From IMG/VR virus record IMGVR_UViG_2663763475_000011: a DNA stretch of 64,000 nucleotides. The stretch is one strand, 5' to 3'. The position numbers were made by a program, and so were the translations under genes. The notes under the pieces were generated by a model that did not search any database, was not told the origin of the DNA, and was given only the letters and a program-made list of their open reading frames with translations. Positions 27,317 to 37,478 of this stretch are shown here, in pieces. Within the stretch, counting starts at the first letter, position 1. Each line of letters starts with the position of its first letter. Source of the DNA: an uncultured virus (IMG/VR IMGVR_UViG_2663763475_000011). Taxonomy: Duplodnaviria > Heunggongvirae > Uroviricota > Caudoviricetes.

Positions 27317-29377
27317 ATGAAAGGAAACTCTCTAGGTGATATAAGAGCAGAATCTGATACCAACATGCTCGAAAAAGCTTTTTGGGAAACAGCTGACTAC
27401 AAATCCATATTAGAATCAAGCGATCGCTGTATTATTGTTGGCAGACGCGGCACAGGAAAAAGCGCCCTGGTACATATGCTTTCAAAAAAATGGAAAGCTA
27501 AACCTAAAACAGCAGTTATAACCATTGCCCCTGAAGAAGAGCAAATAATTGGTTTGAGGGATGTTTTTTCTATATTTGGAACTAATTACTCTCAGATAAA
27601 AGCTGGTATAAAACTTTCTTGGCGTTACGCTCTTTACATGGAAGTAATTACAGAAATAGCCAATCATTATAAATTAAAAAATGATTTGGATGTATTGTCT
27701 ATACAAAGTCATATCCAAGGGTGGGGGGCTCGTCGACAAGCTATTGCTACAAAAATAAGGAAGAAGCTCAATACGATTATAGATAAAAATAAAACCCCTG
27801 CATCATTAATAGCTGACCTATCTGATATATTTGAATTTGACTTGCTTGAAGAAGTTATTTTAGAAGCCCTTGAGAAATCAGACTATCAAATGATCATTCT
27901 TGCCGATCGATTAGACGAAGGTTATAGCCCTGATGATTTGGGTGTAGCAATTGTTGATGGCTTTGCTCAAACGGTAATTGACTTAAAAGCTAGAACTAAA
28001 GAAAGGATAATCTCATATGCTTTTATAAGAGACAATATATATCGTTCCATATCAAAGATGGATCCTGACTTTACCCGTAATATAGAGGGTCAAACTTTAA
28101 GACTTCACTGGGATGAATATAATTTGTTCAATGTGGTTTGTAATCGACTTAGAGTTGCCTTTGATGTCCAGAAAGAAAATAATTTAAAAACTTGGAATCA
28201 ATTTGCCGCCAGAGAGCTAAAAGGCATGGAAGGGTTTAGAACCGCATTGAAGTTAACGTTATATAGGCCAAGAGATATTCTAGTGCTGTTAAACGATGCC
28301 TTTTTACGTGCTGGCTCGAACGATCGAAATACTATAATACTGGATGATATTGACTCAACTGCAAAGTCAATCTCGATAAACAGGCTTAACGATTTACATA
28401 AAGAATACGATACAATTTTCCCTGCACTCGAAGAGTTTACTAGAAAGTTTAATGGGCATGATCCTGAAATGTCTTTAGGAAGCGCTTCAATAATATTAAA
28501 AGAAGTTTTAGATAATGACGATTTGCCTAGGGATAAACTTCAAGATATATTGCTTTTCGACGGGCCGATACAGGTTATTCAAAGGTTATATAGCGTAGGT
28601 TTTATAGGTTTATATAATGATCAAACGTCATCATTCGTTTTCTGTCACGATGGAAAAGATCCAGATCGAGATTTCAAACATGAAAGCAGAATACTCATTC
28701 ACCCTTGCTATTGGTTGGCATTAGGGCTTTCTCGAAGTGAAATCAAGCTTAGTGAGGCTGAAGATATACATGATGAATATGATATTGAGGTTAGCTCTAT
28801 ATCAACCGAACAGCGTAAACAAAAAATAGGGGCTTTGCTCAGCGAGCTAAATTCAATAGATTCTGGTGTGGCGGGTGCTCACGACTTTGAATCGTGGTGT
28901 TTAAAAACCTTGAGGATACTTTTCGCTGGGGATTTACATAACATAGAGTTGCACAGTAATAAGAATGGCATTCAACAACGAGACATTATAGCAACTAATT
29001 CTGGTGAGCGTTCAGTATGGAAAAGGATTATTGAAGACTATCAATCAAGAATGGTTATCTTTGAGATAAAGAATTATGTTGAACTTCGCCAAGCAGACTA
29101 CAGGCAAGTTAATAGCTATCTAAGCAATGAATATGGGAAAATTGCATTTATTATAACTAGGGATCATAAAAATGAACTTGATAAACACAAGGAGTTGGCG
29201 TGGGCGCAAGAAATATATCATACGCACAAAAAGTTAATTATTAAGCTTTCTTATAAATTTATTGAAAAGCACTTATCTAAAGCTAGAAACCCTCAGAAAC
29301 ACGACGCAATCAACACTGAGGTTAACAAGCTTCTTGATACTTACATTAGACAATACTTACAAATAAAAAGTAGATGA
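27317..29377 (+). CDS. P-loop ATPase with C-terminal restriction-endonuclease-like domain; candidate anti-phage protein
   Basis: Walker A GRRGTGKS, Walker B ILADRLDE, YRPRD; C-terminal FE...QRDII...IFEIKN; AT-rich. Confidence 0.8.
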   Translation: MKGNSLGDIRAESDTNMLEKAFWETADYKSILESSDRCIIVGRRGTGKSALVHMLSKKWKAKPKTAVITIAPEEEQIIGLRDVFSIFGTNYSQIKAGIKLSWRYALYMEVITEIANHYKLKNDLDVLSIQSHIQGWGARRQAIATKIRKKLNTIIDKNKTPASLIADLSDIFEFDLLEEVILEALEKSDYQMIILADRLDEGYSPDDLGVAIVDGFAQTVIDLKARTKERIISYAFIRDNIYRSISKMDPDFTRNIEGQTLRLHWDEYNLFNVVCNRLRVAFDVQKENNLKTWNQFAARELKGMEGFRTALKLTLYRPRDILVLLNDAFLRAGSNDRNTIILDDIDSTAKSISINRLNDLHKEYDTIFPALEEFTRKFNGHDPEMSLGSASIILKEVLDNDDLPRDKLQDILLFDGPIQVIQRLYSVGFIGLYNDQTSSFVFCHDGKDPDRDFKHESRILIHPCYWLALGLSRSEIKLSEAEDIHDEYDIEVSSISTEQRKQKIGALLSELNSIDSGVAGAHDFESWCLKTLRILFAGDLHNIELHSNKNGIQQRDIIATNSGERSVWKRIIEDYQSRMVIFEIKNYVELRQADYRQVNSYLSNEYGKIAFIITRDHKNELDKHKELAWAQEIYHTHKKLIIKLSYKFIEKHLSKARNPQKHDAINTEVNKLLDTYIRQYLQIKSR

Positions 29378-29390
29378 TATTATTGTTGGT

Positions 29391-29415
29391 GCGGCTCTTA
29401 ACGAGCCGCTTTTTT
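29391..29415 (+). terminator. Terminator between cargo and portal
   Basis: GCGGCTC-TTAAC-GAGCCGC plus T run. Confidence 0.8.
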
Positions 29416-29419
29416 GGGG

Positions 29420-30454
29420 CTAACTCTCCAGTATGTAAGGGCTAAATTTAATCACTTCATCTTCGAGCCAGAAATTAATCTCTTTCATCCTTTCCTGTAA
29501 TGGTATTAATTCGTTACGCACGAACACCTGAGACGCCTTCACCGCGTCGCCGAACCCGCCGGAGTTATCCGGGATAATTCCCATCATCTGCGGCGGCACG
29601 CGGTGCGCGCTGAGCAGATCGTCACGGCTGGCTTTCTTGATGTTAAAAAAATCGTCTTTCGTCGCGACTTCGCTGAGAGGCAAGATCTTGATACCGTCCG
29701 GCTTGCCGTTCGGAGCGTACATGAACAGGTTACGGAAATTCCCCAGTCCTTTGGTGTCGCGCATTGCCTGACGCATCCGATCGATATCGCTGCTGCTCTG
29801 CGCCGCGTCGGTCATGTAGAGGATGTACCCGGCGTGGGCGCCGTTCTGGTAATACTTGCGGCGGAACAGTGTCGCCGCCTCATTCAGCCAGGCGGAGTTA
29901 AGCGCGCTGAGATATTCCGGCAGGCCGTACAGCTCCTGATTGATATCCGGCTCCAGCAGATGAAACACGCTGCCCGCCGTAAACTCATGCGGCTCTTTCC
30001 AGTCGTTTACAAACCAATAGACGCCTTCCCCAATGCCCTTGCGAGTGAATTTTGCCGGTGAGGTTTCAAGGCGGAGCGGCTTGCCCAGGCTGTTGCGGCG
30101 CAGCTCGGCAAAAGCGTTACCGAAAACCAGATAGTCCAGGGCGAACTTGCTGAATTCCTGTTGACTCATCATCGGGTGTGGAATGAAGGTTGAGGCCAGT
30201 ATGTTGCGCTTCACGTAAATCGGCGAGCTGTGATGCACGGCCGCGCGCAGGCTTTTCGCTAATCCGTGAAAGCTGACCGGTGGCTCATACCAGCGCCCGT
30301 TACCGATGCACTCTGCGTAATCCAGAATATCGCGCTTGTCCATCACGGGCGTGGGCTCGCCGAAGGTGAACGCCTCGGCGTGCTGCTGAGGTGCGGTTGC
30401 CTGTACCGGTTGCGCGGTGGCGGAATGGGCCTTGCGGCCCCTGCGTTTGCTCAT
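29420..30454 (-). CDS. Q: Portal protein Q
   Basis: AFTFGEP, HHSSPIYVKRN, AHRVPPQMMG. Confidence 0.96.
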   Translation of the reverse strand: MSKRRGRKAHSATAQPVQATAPQQHAEAFTFGEPTPVMDKRDILDYAECIGNGRWYEPPVSFHGLAKSLRAAVHHSSPIYVKRNILASTFIPHPMMSQQEFSKFALDYLVFGNAFAELRRNSLGKPLRLETSPAKFTRKGIGEGVYWFVNDWKEPHEFTAGSVFHLLEPDINQELYGLPEYLSALNSAWLNEAATLFRRKYYQNGAHAGYILYMTDAAQSSSDIDRMRQAMRDTKGLGNFRNLFMYAPNGKPDGIKILPLSEVATKDDFFNIKKASRDDLLSAHRVPPQMMGIIPDNSGGFGDAVKASQVFVRNELIPLQERMKEINFWLEDEVIKFSPYILES

Positions 30455-32217
30455 TAGTAAAACTCCAGAATTGAGGGGCTGGCGCCGCCGCTGGCTGCGG
30501 TAAGCGGTTCGTTTAAGAGAGCGTGCATAATCGCCCAGGCGACGTCCGCGTGGCTGGCTTCCTCGCTGCGGCTCGCCTCATAGGTTGAGCGGTTTCCGCT
30601 GGCCGTCATGGTTTTGCGGATCGCCATAAAGGATTGCGTGATATCCGTCGCCCCGGCGTCATACTCAAGGCGCCCGCTGCTGATGGTGTCTTTAGCCTTC
30701 AGCACCATTGCGGTTTTCACCTCCGGCGAGTATTTGATTTCGCGCGCCGCCGGGTAAAACTGGCGTACCAGCTGGAAGACGCCCTGCCCGATGCCGGTTG
30801 CATCAACGCCGATATATTCCACGGTGTACTTTTTCGTTAAGTCCTCAATGGATTTCGCCTGCGCAGCAAAATCCATGCCGCGCCACTGGTGGCGCTCCAG
30901 CACGCGAAACTTACCGCCCGCCACAACCGGCGGCGCGATGACGGCGCAGCCTGCACTGTCGCCGGTGTGCGACGGGTCATAGCCGATCCAGACCGGGCGG
31001 TAAGCAAACGGGCGCGGCAGGTACGGGTTAAAGTCTTCCCACTCCTCCAGGCTGTCGATCATGCAGGTCTGCAGCTCGGCGAACGGGAACACGCTCGCCT
31101 CATCATCGACAAACTCACACATCAGCAGGTTCTGATATTCCGCCGGGCTGTATTCAAGCTGCAGCTGGTCAATGTCGAACAGGTTGCAGCCGCCGGTCAG
31201 CGCGTCCTCAACCGTGACAATCTGGCGCCACTGGCCGTCACCGCACAGCGCGCCTTTCGCCAGGTGCGAATGCGAAAGGTCTATCTCGATGCGGTCATCT
31301 TTGCTGCGGCGTCCTTTGTTGAACAGCGCGCCCGACCAGAACGGATAGGCGCTGTGTGACAGGCTCGACGGTGTAGAAAAGTAGGTGGTGCGCCACTTCT
31401 TGTGCAGCGACATCCCGCTGGCAACCTTGCGCAGCTCCTGAAATTTCGGGATCCAGAAATATTCATCCAGGTACAGATTGCCGGTGTAGCTCTGCGCGGT
31501 GCGCACGTTCGTGCCGAGAAATATCAGGCGGGCGCCGTTCGGCAGCACGATGGGATCGCCTTTCAGGTCAACGTCTGCCTGCCGGGCAAAGTCGAGGATG
31601 TAGTTTTTAAAGACGTGCGCCTGCGCCTTGCTGGCCGACAGGAAAATCTGATTGCGGCCGGTGGTGAGCGCATCTATCAGCGCCTCGCGGGCAAAGTAGA
31701 ACGTCGCGCCAATCTGGCGAGACTTCAGAATGTTGCGGATGCGGTGAGTCAGCCCGGCCCGGTGCCAGTTGAGCTGATACTCAAAGCAGCCATCCATAAA
31801 CAGTTCGGTAAGTTTCTCCGTCTGTTCGTCGCTGAAAACGTTTTTAGCCGGCGGCTGGCGCTCGCCCTTATTGCGGTTGCGCACGTTCGGGTTTAAGTCC
31901 GCCTCGTTGCCGCTGCTGCGGTAACGCTCAACGCGGGCAAGGCGCTCTATCTGACGGCCGAGCGCATCTATCTCCTTGTAGTCACCATTCCCTTTGACCT
32001 CTTTCATGATGAGCTGAATCAACCGGGCTTCCATGCTGGATTCCACGCGACTGATGGGCGCAACGTCATCCCACGCGTCGCGCAGCTTCCAGCTCTGCAC
32101 GGTTGGCGTTTTCTGTTTGAGCGTCTCCGCTATCTGGCGCACGGAATAACCCTGCCAGTAAAGCAGCGCGGCCTGACGGCGCGGATCGCTGATGATGGTG
32201 GTCGGTGTCATGTTCAT
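30454..32217 (-). CDS. P: Terminase ATPase subunit P
   Basis: LKSRQIGAT, LYLDEYFW, SHADVAWA. Confidence 0.96.
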   Translation of the reverse strand: MNMTPTTIISDPRRQAALLYWQGYSVRQIAETLKQKTPTVQSWKLRDAWDDVAPISRVESSMEARLIQLIMKEVKGNGDYKEIDALGRQIERLARVERYRSSGNEADLNPNVRNRNKGERQPPAKNVFSDEQTEKLTELFMDGCFEYQLNWHRAGLTHRIRNILKSRQIGATFYFAREALIDALTTGRNQIFLSASKAQAHVFKNYILDFARQADVDLKGDPIVLPNGARLIFLGTNVRTAQSYTGNLYLDEYFWIPKFQELRKVASGMSLHKKWRTTYFSTPSSLSHSAYPFWSGALFNKGRRSKDDRIEIDLSHSHLAKGALCGDGQWRQIVTVEDALTGGCNLFDIDQLQLEYSPAEYQNLLMCEFVDDEASVFPFAELQTCMIDSLEEWEDFNPYLPRPFAYRPVWIGYDPSHTGDSAGCAVIAPPVVAGGKFRVLERHQWRGMDFAAQAKSIEDLTKKYTVEYIGVDATGIGQGVFQLVRQFYPAAREIKYSPEVKTAMVLKAKDTISSGRLEYDAGATDITQSFMAIRKTMTASGNRSTYEASRSEEASHADVAWAIMHALLNEPLTAASGGASPSILEFY

Positions 32218-32261
32218 GCAGCCAAGGCTACCGGCGCCGAAAATGGCGCGCCTGCTGTCTC

Positions 32262-32325
32262 TGTTTGCTGATGCATGAGCGGTCTGGCATTCGTTGAGGG
32301 ATTGTGTCGCGGCGGGGAAACTGGC
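32262..32325 (+). promoter_or_regulatory. Late promoter region between P and O
   Basis: TGT-N12-GAG...CGTTGAG...GAAACTGGC in divergent intergenic region. Confidence 0.55.
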
Positions 32326-32362
32326 CCCGAACCGACCCTACACCCTGACCGGAGCCTGATTA

Positions 32363-33208
32363 ATGGCAACTAAAGCAAAGCGTTTTCGCATCGCAGTTGA
32401 AGGCGCAACCACAGACGGCCGCAATATTTCCCGCGACTGGATTTCTCAGATGGCGAAAAACTACGACCCGACCGTGTATGGCGCCCGCATCAACATGGAA
32501 CACATCCGGGGTTATGCCGCTGACAGCACGTTCCGCCGTTTCGGCGACGTGACCGGCCTCGAGGCCGAAGAAATCGGCGACGGCCCGCTCACAGGCAAGC
32601 TGGCGCTTTATGGCTGGATTGATCCGACGTCGGAGCTGGTCGAGCTGACCAAAGCGCGACAGAAAATCTACACCTCTATCGAAGTTAACCCCGATTTTTC
32701 CGACACGGGCGAGGCGTATCTGGTCGGCCTGGCTGTGACCGACGACCCGGCGAGCCTCGGCACGGAAATCCTGAGCTTCAGCGCCACGGCCAAAGCTAAC
32801 CCGCTGGCGTCACGCAAGCAGGACAAAGGCAACCTGTTTACCGCCGCTGAAGAAACCGTGATCGAGTTTGAAGAGGTGGCTGACCCGTCCCCGTCCCTGA
32901 TGGCACGCATTTCCGCATTGTTCTCCGCCAAAAAGAAAACCGACGGCGAGCAGTTCGCCGACGTCGGCGCGGCGGTGACGGTCGTAGCCGAGCAGGTGCA
33001 GCTGAACGCGGAGAGTCAGACGCAGAAACTGTCGGCGCTGGAACAGTCCGTCAATGCGCGACTGGAGGCTATCGAGCAGCAGGCCGGGGAAGACCGTGCC
33101 GCTTTTGCTGGGCTGCAGGAGCAACTGTCGCAGACCGACGGCAGCTTTAACCGTCGTCCGGCGTCAACCGGCAGCGATCCAAAGTCCGGCGCCCAGACAG
33201 ACTGCTGA
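32363..33208 (+). CDS. O: Capsid scaffold/protease O
   Basis: EGATTDGR, GLAVTDDPASLGTE. Confidence 0.96.
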   Translation: MATKAKRFRIAVEGATTDGRNISRDWISQMAKNYDPTVYGARINMEHIRGYAADSTFRRFGDVTGLEAEEIGDGPLTGKLALYGWIDPTSELVELTKARQKIYTSIEVNPDFSDTGEAYLVGLAVTDDPASLGTEILSFSATAKANPLASRKQDKGNLFTAAEETVIEFEEVADPSPSLMARISALFSAKKKTDGEQFADVGAAVTVVAEQVQLNAESQTQKLSALEQSVNARLEAIEQQAGEDRAAFAGLQEQLSQTDGSFNRRPASTGSDPKSGAQTDC

Positions 33209-33260
33209 TCAGGCGTGGCCTGAACGACAAAACCCAACACAGAGATAAACAGGAACGCCA

Positions 33261-34334
33261 ATGCGCAAGAATACCCGCTTCAAGTTTAACCAGTTCATGA
33301 CCCGCCTCGCCGAGCTGAACGGCGTAGAAACCGACGACATGAACAAAAAATTCACCGTGGAGCCGTCAGTCACGCAGACCCTGATGACCCGCGTGCAGGA
33401 GTCGTCCGCCTTTCTGACCCGCGTCAACATCGTGCCGGTGTCCGAAATGAAGGGCGAGAAAGTCGGGATCGGCGTGTCCGGCTCGATTGCCAGCACGACC
33501 GACACGGCAGGCGGCGACGAGCGCGAAACCGCTGACTTTGCCGCGCTGGATAAGCAGGGTTATGAATGTGTGCAGGTCAACTACGACTTTCATATCCGCT
33601 ATAACACCCTCGACCTGTGGGCGCGCTATGAAGATTTTCAGGCCCGTCTGCGTGACGCCATCGTGAAGCGCCAGGCGCTCGACCGCATCATGATTGGCTT
33701 CAACGGCGTAGAGCGTGCCAAAACCTCTAACCGTGCGAAGTTCCCGATGCTGCAGGACGTGGCCGTAGGCTGGCTGCAGAAGTACCGCAACGATGCGCCT
33801 GAGCGCGTGATGAGCAAAATCACCGACGAAAGCGGCGCCGTAGTGTCTGCAAAAATCCGCGTCGGCAAAGGTGGCGACTACGCCAACCTCGACGCGTTGG
33901 TGATGGACGCAACCAACACCCTGATTGAGCCGTGGTATCAGGAAGACCCGGAGCTGGTTGTAATCGTGGGCCGTCAGTTGCTGGCCGACAAATACTTCCC
34001 GATCGTCAATCAGTCGCAGGCCAACACCGAGCAGCTGGCCGCCGATCTCATCGTCAGCCAGAAACGCATCGGCAACCTGCCAGCGGTGCGCGTGCCGTAT
34101 TTTCCGGCAAATGCGTTGATGATTACCCGCCCGGATAACCTGTCGATTTACTGGCAGGAAGGCACGCACCGCCGCCTGATTGACGAGGTGCCGAAGCGCG
34201 ACCGCATCGAAAACTACGAGTCCATCAACGAGGACTACGTGATTGAGGATTACGCGGCCGGTTGCCTGGTTGAAAACATCGAGGTCGGTGAGTTCAGCGC
34301 GGCTGCAGAAACCCCGGCAACACCGGAGGCGTAA
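33261..34334 (+). CDS. N: Major capsid protein N
   Basis: LDRIMIGFNG, LQDVAVGWLQK, NLSIYWQ. Confidence 0.96.
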   Translation: MRKNTRFKFNQFMTRLAELNGVETDDMNKKFTVEPSVTQTLMTRVQESSAFLTRVNIVPVSEMKGEKVGIGVSGSIASTTDTAGGDERETADFAALDKQGYECVQVNYDFHIRYNTLDLWARYEDFQARLRDAIVKRQALDRIMIGFNGVERAKTSNRAKFPMLQDVAVGWLQKYRNDAPERVMSKITDESGAVVSAKIRVGKGGDYANLDALVMDATNTLIEPWYQEDPELVVIVGRQLLADKYFPIVNQSQANTEQLAADLIVSQKRIGNLPAVRVPYFPANALMITRPDNLSIYWQEGTHRRLIDEVPKRDRIENYESINEDYVIEDYAAGCLVENIEVGEFSAAAETPATPEA

Positions 34335-34337
34335 CGC

Positions 34338-35006
34338 ATGTTAAGCCCTGCCCGACGTCACCGCATGCGCCAGGAGGCTATCGAAGCCTCGCAGAACGCC
34401 GACAACCCGCTGCGCCACGCCAGCGGCTATGAGCAGATGCTCATCAAGCTGAACGACGACAAGCGCCGCCTGAAGAAAGTGCACTCCAACGAGCGCAAGG
34501 CGGAAATGAAACGGCAGCTGCTGCCTGAGTACGTGCCGTGGGTATCCGGCGTGCTGGAGAAAGGCAAAGGCGCACAGGATGCCGTGCTGATGACCGTCAT
34601 GATCTGGCGGCTCGATGCGGGCGACGTGACCGGCGCGCTGGAAATCGCCCGGTACGCGCTGGCGCATGGTCTTGTCTCGCCTGACGGCTTCAAGCGCGCC
34701 AGCCTGCCGTATCTGCTGGCTGAGGAAGTCGCCAGCGCGGCAACGCGAGCCTGGACGGCAAAAGAGCCGGTCGATGTCTGCCCGCTGCTGGCGACTATTG
34801 CGATGACGGAATCCGAAGACATGCCCGATCAGGTGCGCGCCAAGCTGCACAAGATAACCGGGTATGTGCTTCGCGATGCGGGCAGGGCTTCGGAGGCGAT
34901 GACCCACCTTGTACGGGCGCAGCAGCTGCACGACGGCTGCGGCGTCAAAAAAGACATTGAGCGGCTGGGAACGGCGATGAAAAAGCAGGCCATCGCCAGC
35001 CGCTGA
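34338..35006 (+). CDS. M: Terminase small subunit M
   Basis: SPARRH, WRLDAGD, DMPDQVRAKLHK, GVKKDI. Confidence 0.94.
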   Translation: MLSPARRHRMRQEAIEASQNADNPLRHASGYEQMLIKLNDDKRRLKKVHSNERKAEMKRQLLPEYVPWVSGVLEKGKGAQDAVLMTVMIWRLDAGDVTGALEIARYALAHGLVSPDGFKRASLPYLLAEEVASAATRAWTAKEPVDVCPLLATIAMTESEDMPDQVRAKLHKITGYVLRDAGRASEAMTHLVRAQQLHDGCGVKKDIERLGTAMKKQAIASR

Positions 35007-35098
35007 CCGAACGCGACCCCGCGCACGGGCGGCAGGACGGCAACGCACTTTCAGTGTCTGCGCCGACCTCCACCGCCCACCTATTTTAAAGGCCGATT

Positions 35099-35569
35099 AT
35101 GCATAACACGGTTGTTATCCCCGCCCCGCGACCGGCAGAGACTGCCGAGCCGCCGGTGAAGAATACGTTTTTCTGGCCTGACGTTGACCTGCAGCAGCTG
35201 CGCGAGTCGCTGCGCTATGAGGGAACGGTCACGGCGCAGCGCCTGCGTCTGGCCGTGAAAACGGCGATCTCGGAAGTGAACGCCGAGCTGTACGACTGGC
35301 GCGCCACACAAATAGCCGCGGGCTTTAAGCTGCTTGCCGATGTACCGGCGGAATCGCTCGACGGCGAAAGCGAAAAGGTGACGGCGTACCTTGCCGCCGT
35401 CGGCGCCCTGACCGCTGCGACCATTGTCGAACGCTATCGCGGCTATGACGCCAGCGGCACAAAAAAGGCGGGCGAGATTGAGGCGAGCGCCGACGAATAC
35501 TGGCGCGACGCGCGATTCAATATCAGCCGCATCGCCGGGAAACCTGGCTGCATTGTGGATCTGCTGTGA
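35099..35569 (+). CDS. L: Head completion protein L
   Basis: NTFFWPD, EVNAEL, WRDAR. Confidence 0.92.
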   Translation: MHNTVVIPAPRPAETAEPPVKNTFFWPDVDLQQLRESLRYEGTVTAQRLRLAVKTAISEVNAELYDWRATQIAAGFKLLADVPAESLDGESEKVTAYLAAVGALTAATIVERYRGYDASGTKKAGEIEASADEYWRDARFNISRIAGKPGCIVDLL

Positions 35570-35772
35570 TGAACGTTTACGCGCAGCAGGGCGATACCGT
35601 TGACGAAATCTGCCAGCGCTATTACGGGCGAACGGGGCAGGCGGTCGAGCTGGTTTATGCGGCTAATCCGGGCCTTGCGGAAAGCGGGCCGGTGCTGCCG
35701 CACGGCTGCGAGGTAACGCTGCCCGATCTGCCGGACTCTTCAACGGGTGAAAGCGTCAACCTGTGGGACTAA
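35569..35772 (+). CDS. X: Tail protein X
   Basis: QGDTVDEIC...NLWD. Confidence 0.92.
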   Translation: MNVYAQQGDTVDEICQRYYGRTGQAVELVYAANPGLAESGPVLPHGCEVTLPDLPDSSTGESVNLWD

Positions 35773-35775
35773 AAA

Positions 35776-35997
35776 ATGGAAAAAATCAGCTCTGTGATCA
35801 ACTACCTGATTGGCCTCATCCTGATGTGGTTCGGCCGTCATACGCCACAGGATATCGCCTTTATGGTCGGTTCGGGCGTGGCCGTTATCACGGTTGTCAT
35901 TAACGTGGCGACGTTTTTTATTAACTGGCATTACCGCCGCAAAACCTACGAGCTGCAGCAGAGCATGCGGGGGGTGAGCCTTGAGCCAGACCGCTAA
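35776..35997 (+). CDS. Holin
   Basis: Close homologue of 4705-4914. Confidence 0.85.
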   Translation: MEKISSVINYLIGLILMWFGRHTPQDIAFMVGSGVAVITVVINVATFFINWHYRRKTYELQQSMRGVSLEPDR

Positions 35998-36490
35998 GCG
36001 CTGCGCCGTGGCGGCGGTGCTGGCTATCGCCGCGCTGCTGCCCCAGTTCAAAACCCTGCAAACCTCCGAGGCCGGGCTGGCGCTTATCGCCAACGCAGAA
36101 GGATGCCGCACGTCGCCTTACCAGTGCAGCGCCGGAGTCTGGACGAACGGCATTGGTCACACAGAAGGCGTTACGCCGCGCAGCCAGGTCAGCGAGCGGC
36201 AGGCTGCGGTTAATCTCGTTTATGACGTGATGCGCGTCGAGCGCGGGATCGGAGCCTGCATGCCGGTTGATATGCCGCAACCGGTTTACGACGTGACCAT
36301 ATCCTTTGCGTTCAACGTCGGCGTGCATGCGGCCTGCGGATCGACCTTTGCCCGGCATATCAGGGCGCAGCGCTGGGCTGATGCCTGCAACGAGCTGCCC
36401 CGCTGGGTATTCGTCAACGGCGCGCGCAATCGTGGGCTGGAAAACCGCCGCGCGGCGGAAAAGGCGTACTGCCTGCGGGGTGTGAAATGA
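35981..36490 (+). CDS. SAR endolysin
   Basis: EGCRTSPYQCSAGVWT. Confidence 0.93.
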   Translation: MSQTAKRCAVAAVLAIAALLPQFKTLQTSEAGLALIANAEGCRTSPYQCSAGVWTNGIGHTEGVTPRSQVSERQAAVNLVYDVMRVERGIGACMPVDMPQPVYDVTISFAFNVGVHAACGSTFARHIRAQRWADACNELPRWVFVNGARNRGLENRRAAEKAYCLRGVK

Positions 36491-36909
36491 CGCGCCTGAT
36501 AGCGGGACTACTGGCCGTAGCGCTGCTGGCGCTGGGACTGACCGGCTGGCAGTGGAAAGTCGCAAAAGATGATCTCAGCAGCGCGCAGCGCATCATCGGC
36601 ACGCTGTCGGCAGGTATCGATAGCCGCGACAAAGCGACAGCCAGGCTGGACGCGGATGCGAAGGCCAGCCAGAAACGCGAGGCTGAGCTGCGGCTGATGC
36701 AGGGGCGCGCCAGCACGGCCGCGCTGAACCGTGAAATGCACATACAGAGAGAAACCGATGCGAATCCGATATTGCGTAACTGGTCTGCTGCTGATCTGCC
36801 TGACGATGTTATCCGGCTGCACAGTCGCCCCGCCTTCGCCAGCGCCAGAGATTATCTGGATTGGGTGTCCGCGCGTGACAAGCTGCCCGGTGCCGGGAAA
36901 CAGCCTTAA
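36487..36909 (+). CDS. lysB: LysB i-spanin
   Basis: TM, coiled coil, LPDDVIRL. Confidence 0.87.
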   Translation: MTRLIAGLLAVALLALGLTGWQWKVAKDDLSSAQRIIGTLSAGIDSRDKATARLDADAKASQKREAELRLMQGRASTAALNREMHIQRETDANPILRNWSAADLPDDVIRLHSRPAFASARDYLDWVSARDKLPGAGKQP

Positions 36910-37078
36910 AACGGCCGGCGATCTGGCGGCGGATAATCGCCAGCTAGAGGCCGCACTCGCCGCCTGCGGGCTGCAGGTCGAAGTTATCAAAGACTGCCAG
37001 GAGCAACACGATGCTGAAACCGCAACAACTACGCCGGGCGCTGACCGACAGCGTGCCGGAGCTGCAGCGAAACCCTGA
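36758..37078 (+). CDS. lysC: LysC o-spanin
   Basis: LSGC lipobox, GCPRVTSC. Confidence 0.8.
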   Translation: MRIRYCVTGLLLICLTMLSGCTVAPPSPAPEIIWIGCPRVTSCPVPGNSLKTAGDLAADNRQLEAALAACGLQVEVIKDCQEQHDAETATTTPGADRQRAGAAAKP

Positions 37079-37478
37079 CGCGCTGAACGTCTTTATCGAC
37101 AGCGGGCGCATTGTCTCGACGCTTGCCAGCTCGCTGTCGTTTGAATATCAGTACCGGCTGAACATGGTGATTACGGATTACGCCGACAATATCGATCTGC
37201 TGATCGTGCCACTGCTTGAATGGCTGCGGACAAATGAGCCTGACATTATGGCAACCGAGGAAAAGCGCCGGACGGGCTTTACCTTCACAGCGGACGTGAT
37301 CAGCGACACGACCAGCGATATCAGCATAGAGCTACAGCTGAGCGAGCGCGTGATCGTGAAACAGGTAGACGGCGCGCTGCACGTCACGCACGTCGGCGAG
37401 AATCCGCTGCCGGATAACGACGCGCGGCCGTTGCAGCTGTACGCAGGCGGCAAGCTCATCAGCGAGTGGCAATCATGA
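37011..37478 (+). CDS. R: Tail completion protein R
   Basis: MLKPQQLR, SLSFEYQY. Confidence 0.92.
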   Translation: MLKPQQLRRALTDSVPELQRNPDALNVFIDSGRIVSTLASSLSFEYQYRLNMVITDYADNIDLLIVPLLEWLRTNEPDIMATEEKRRTGFTFTADVISDTTSDISIELQLSERVIVKQVDGALHVTHVGENPLPDNDARPLQLYAGGKLISEWQS

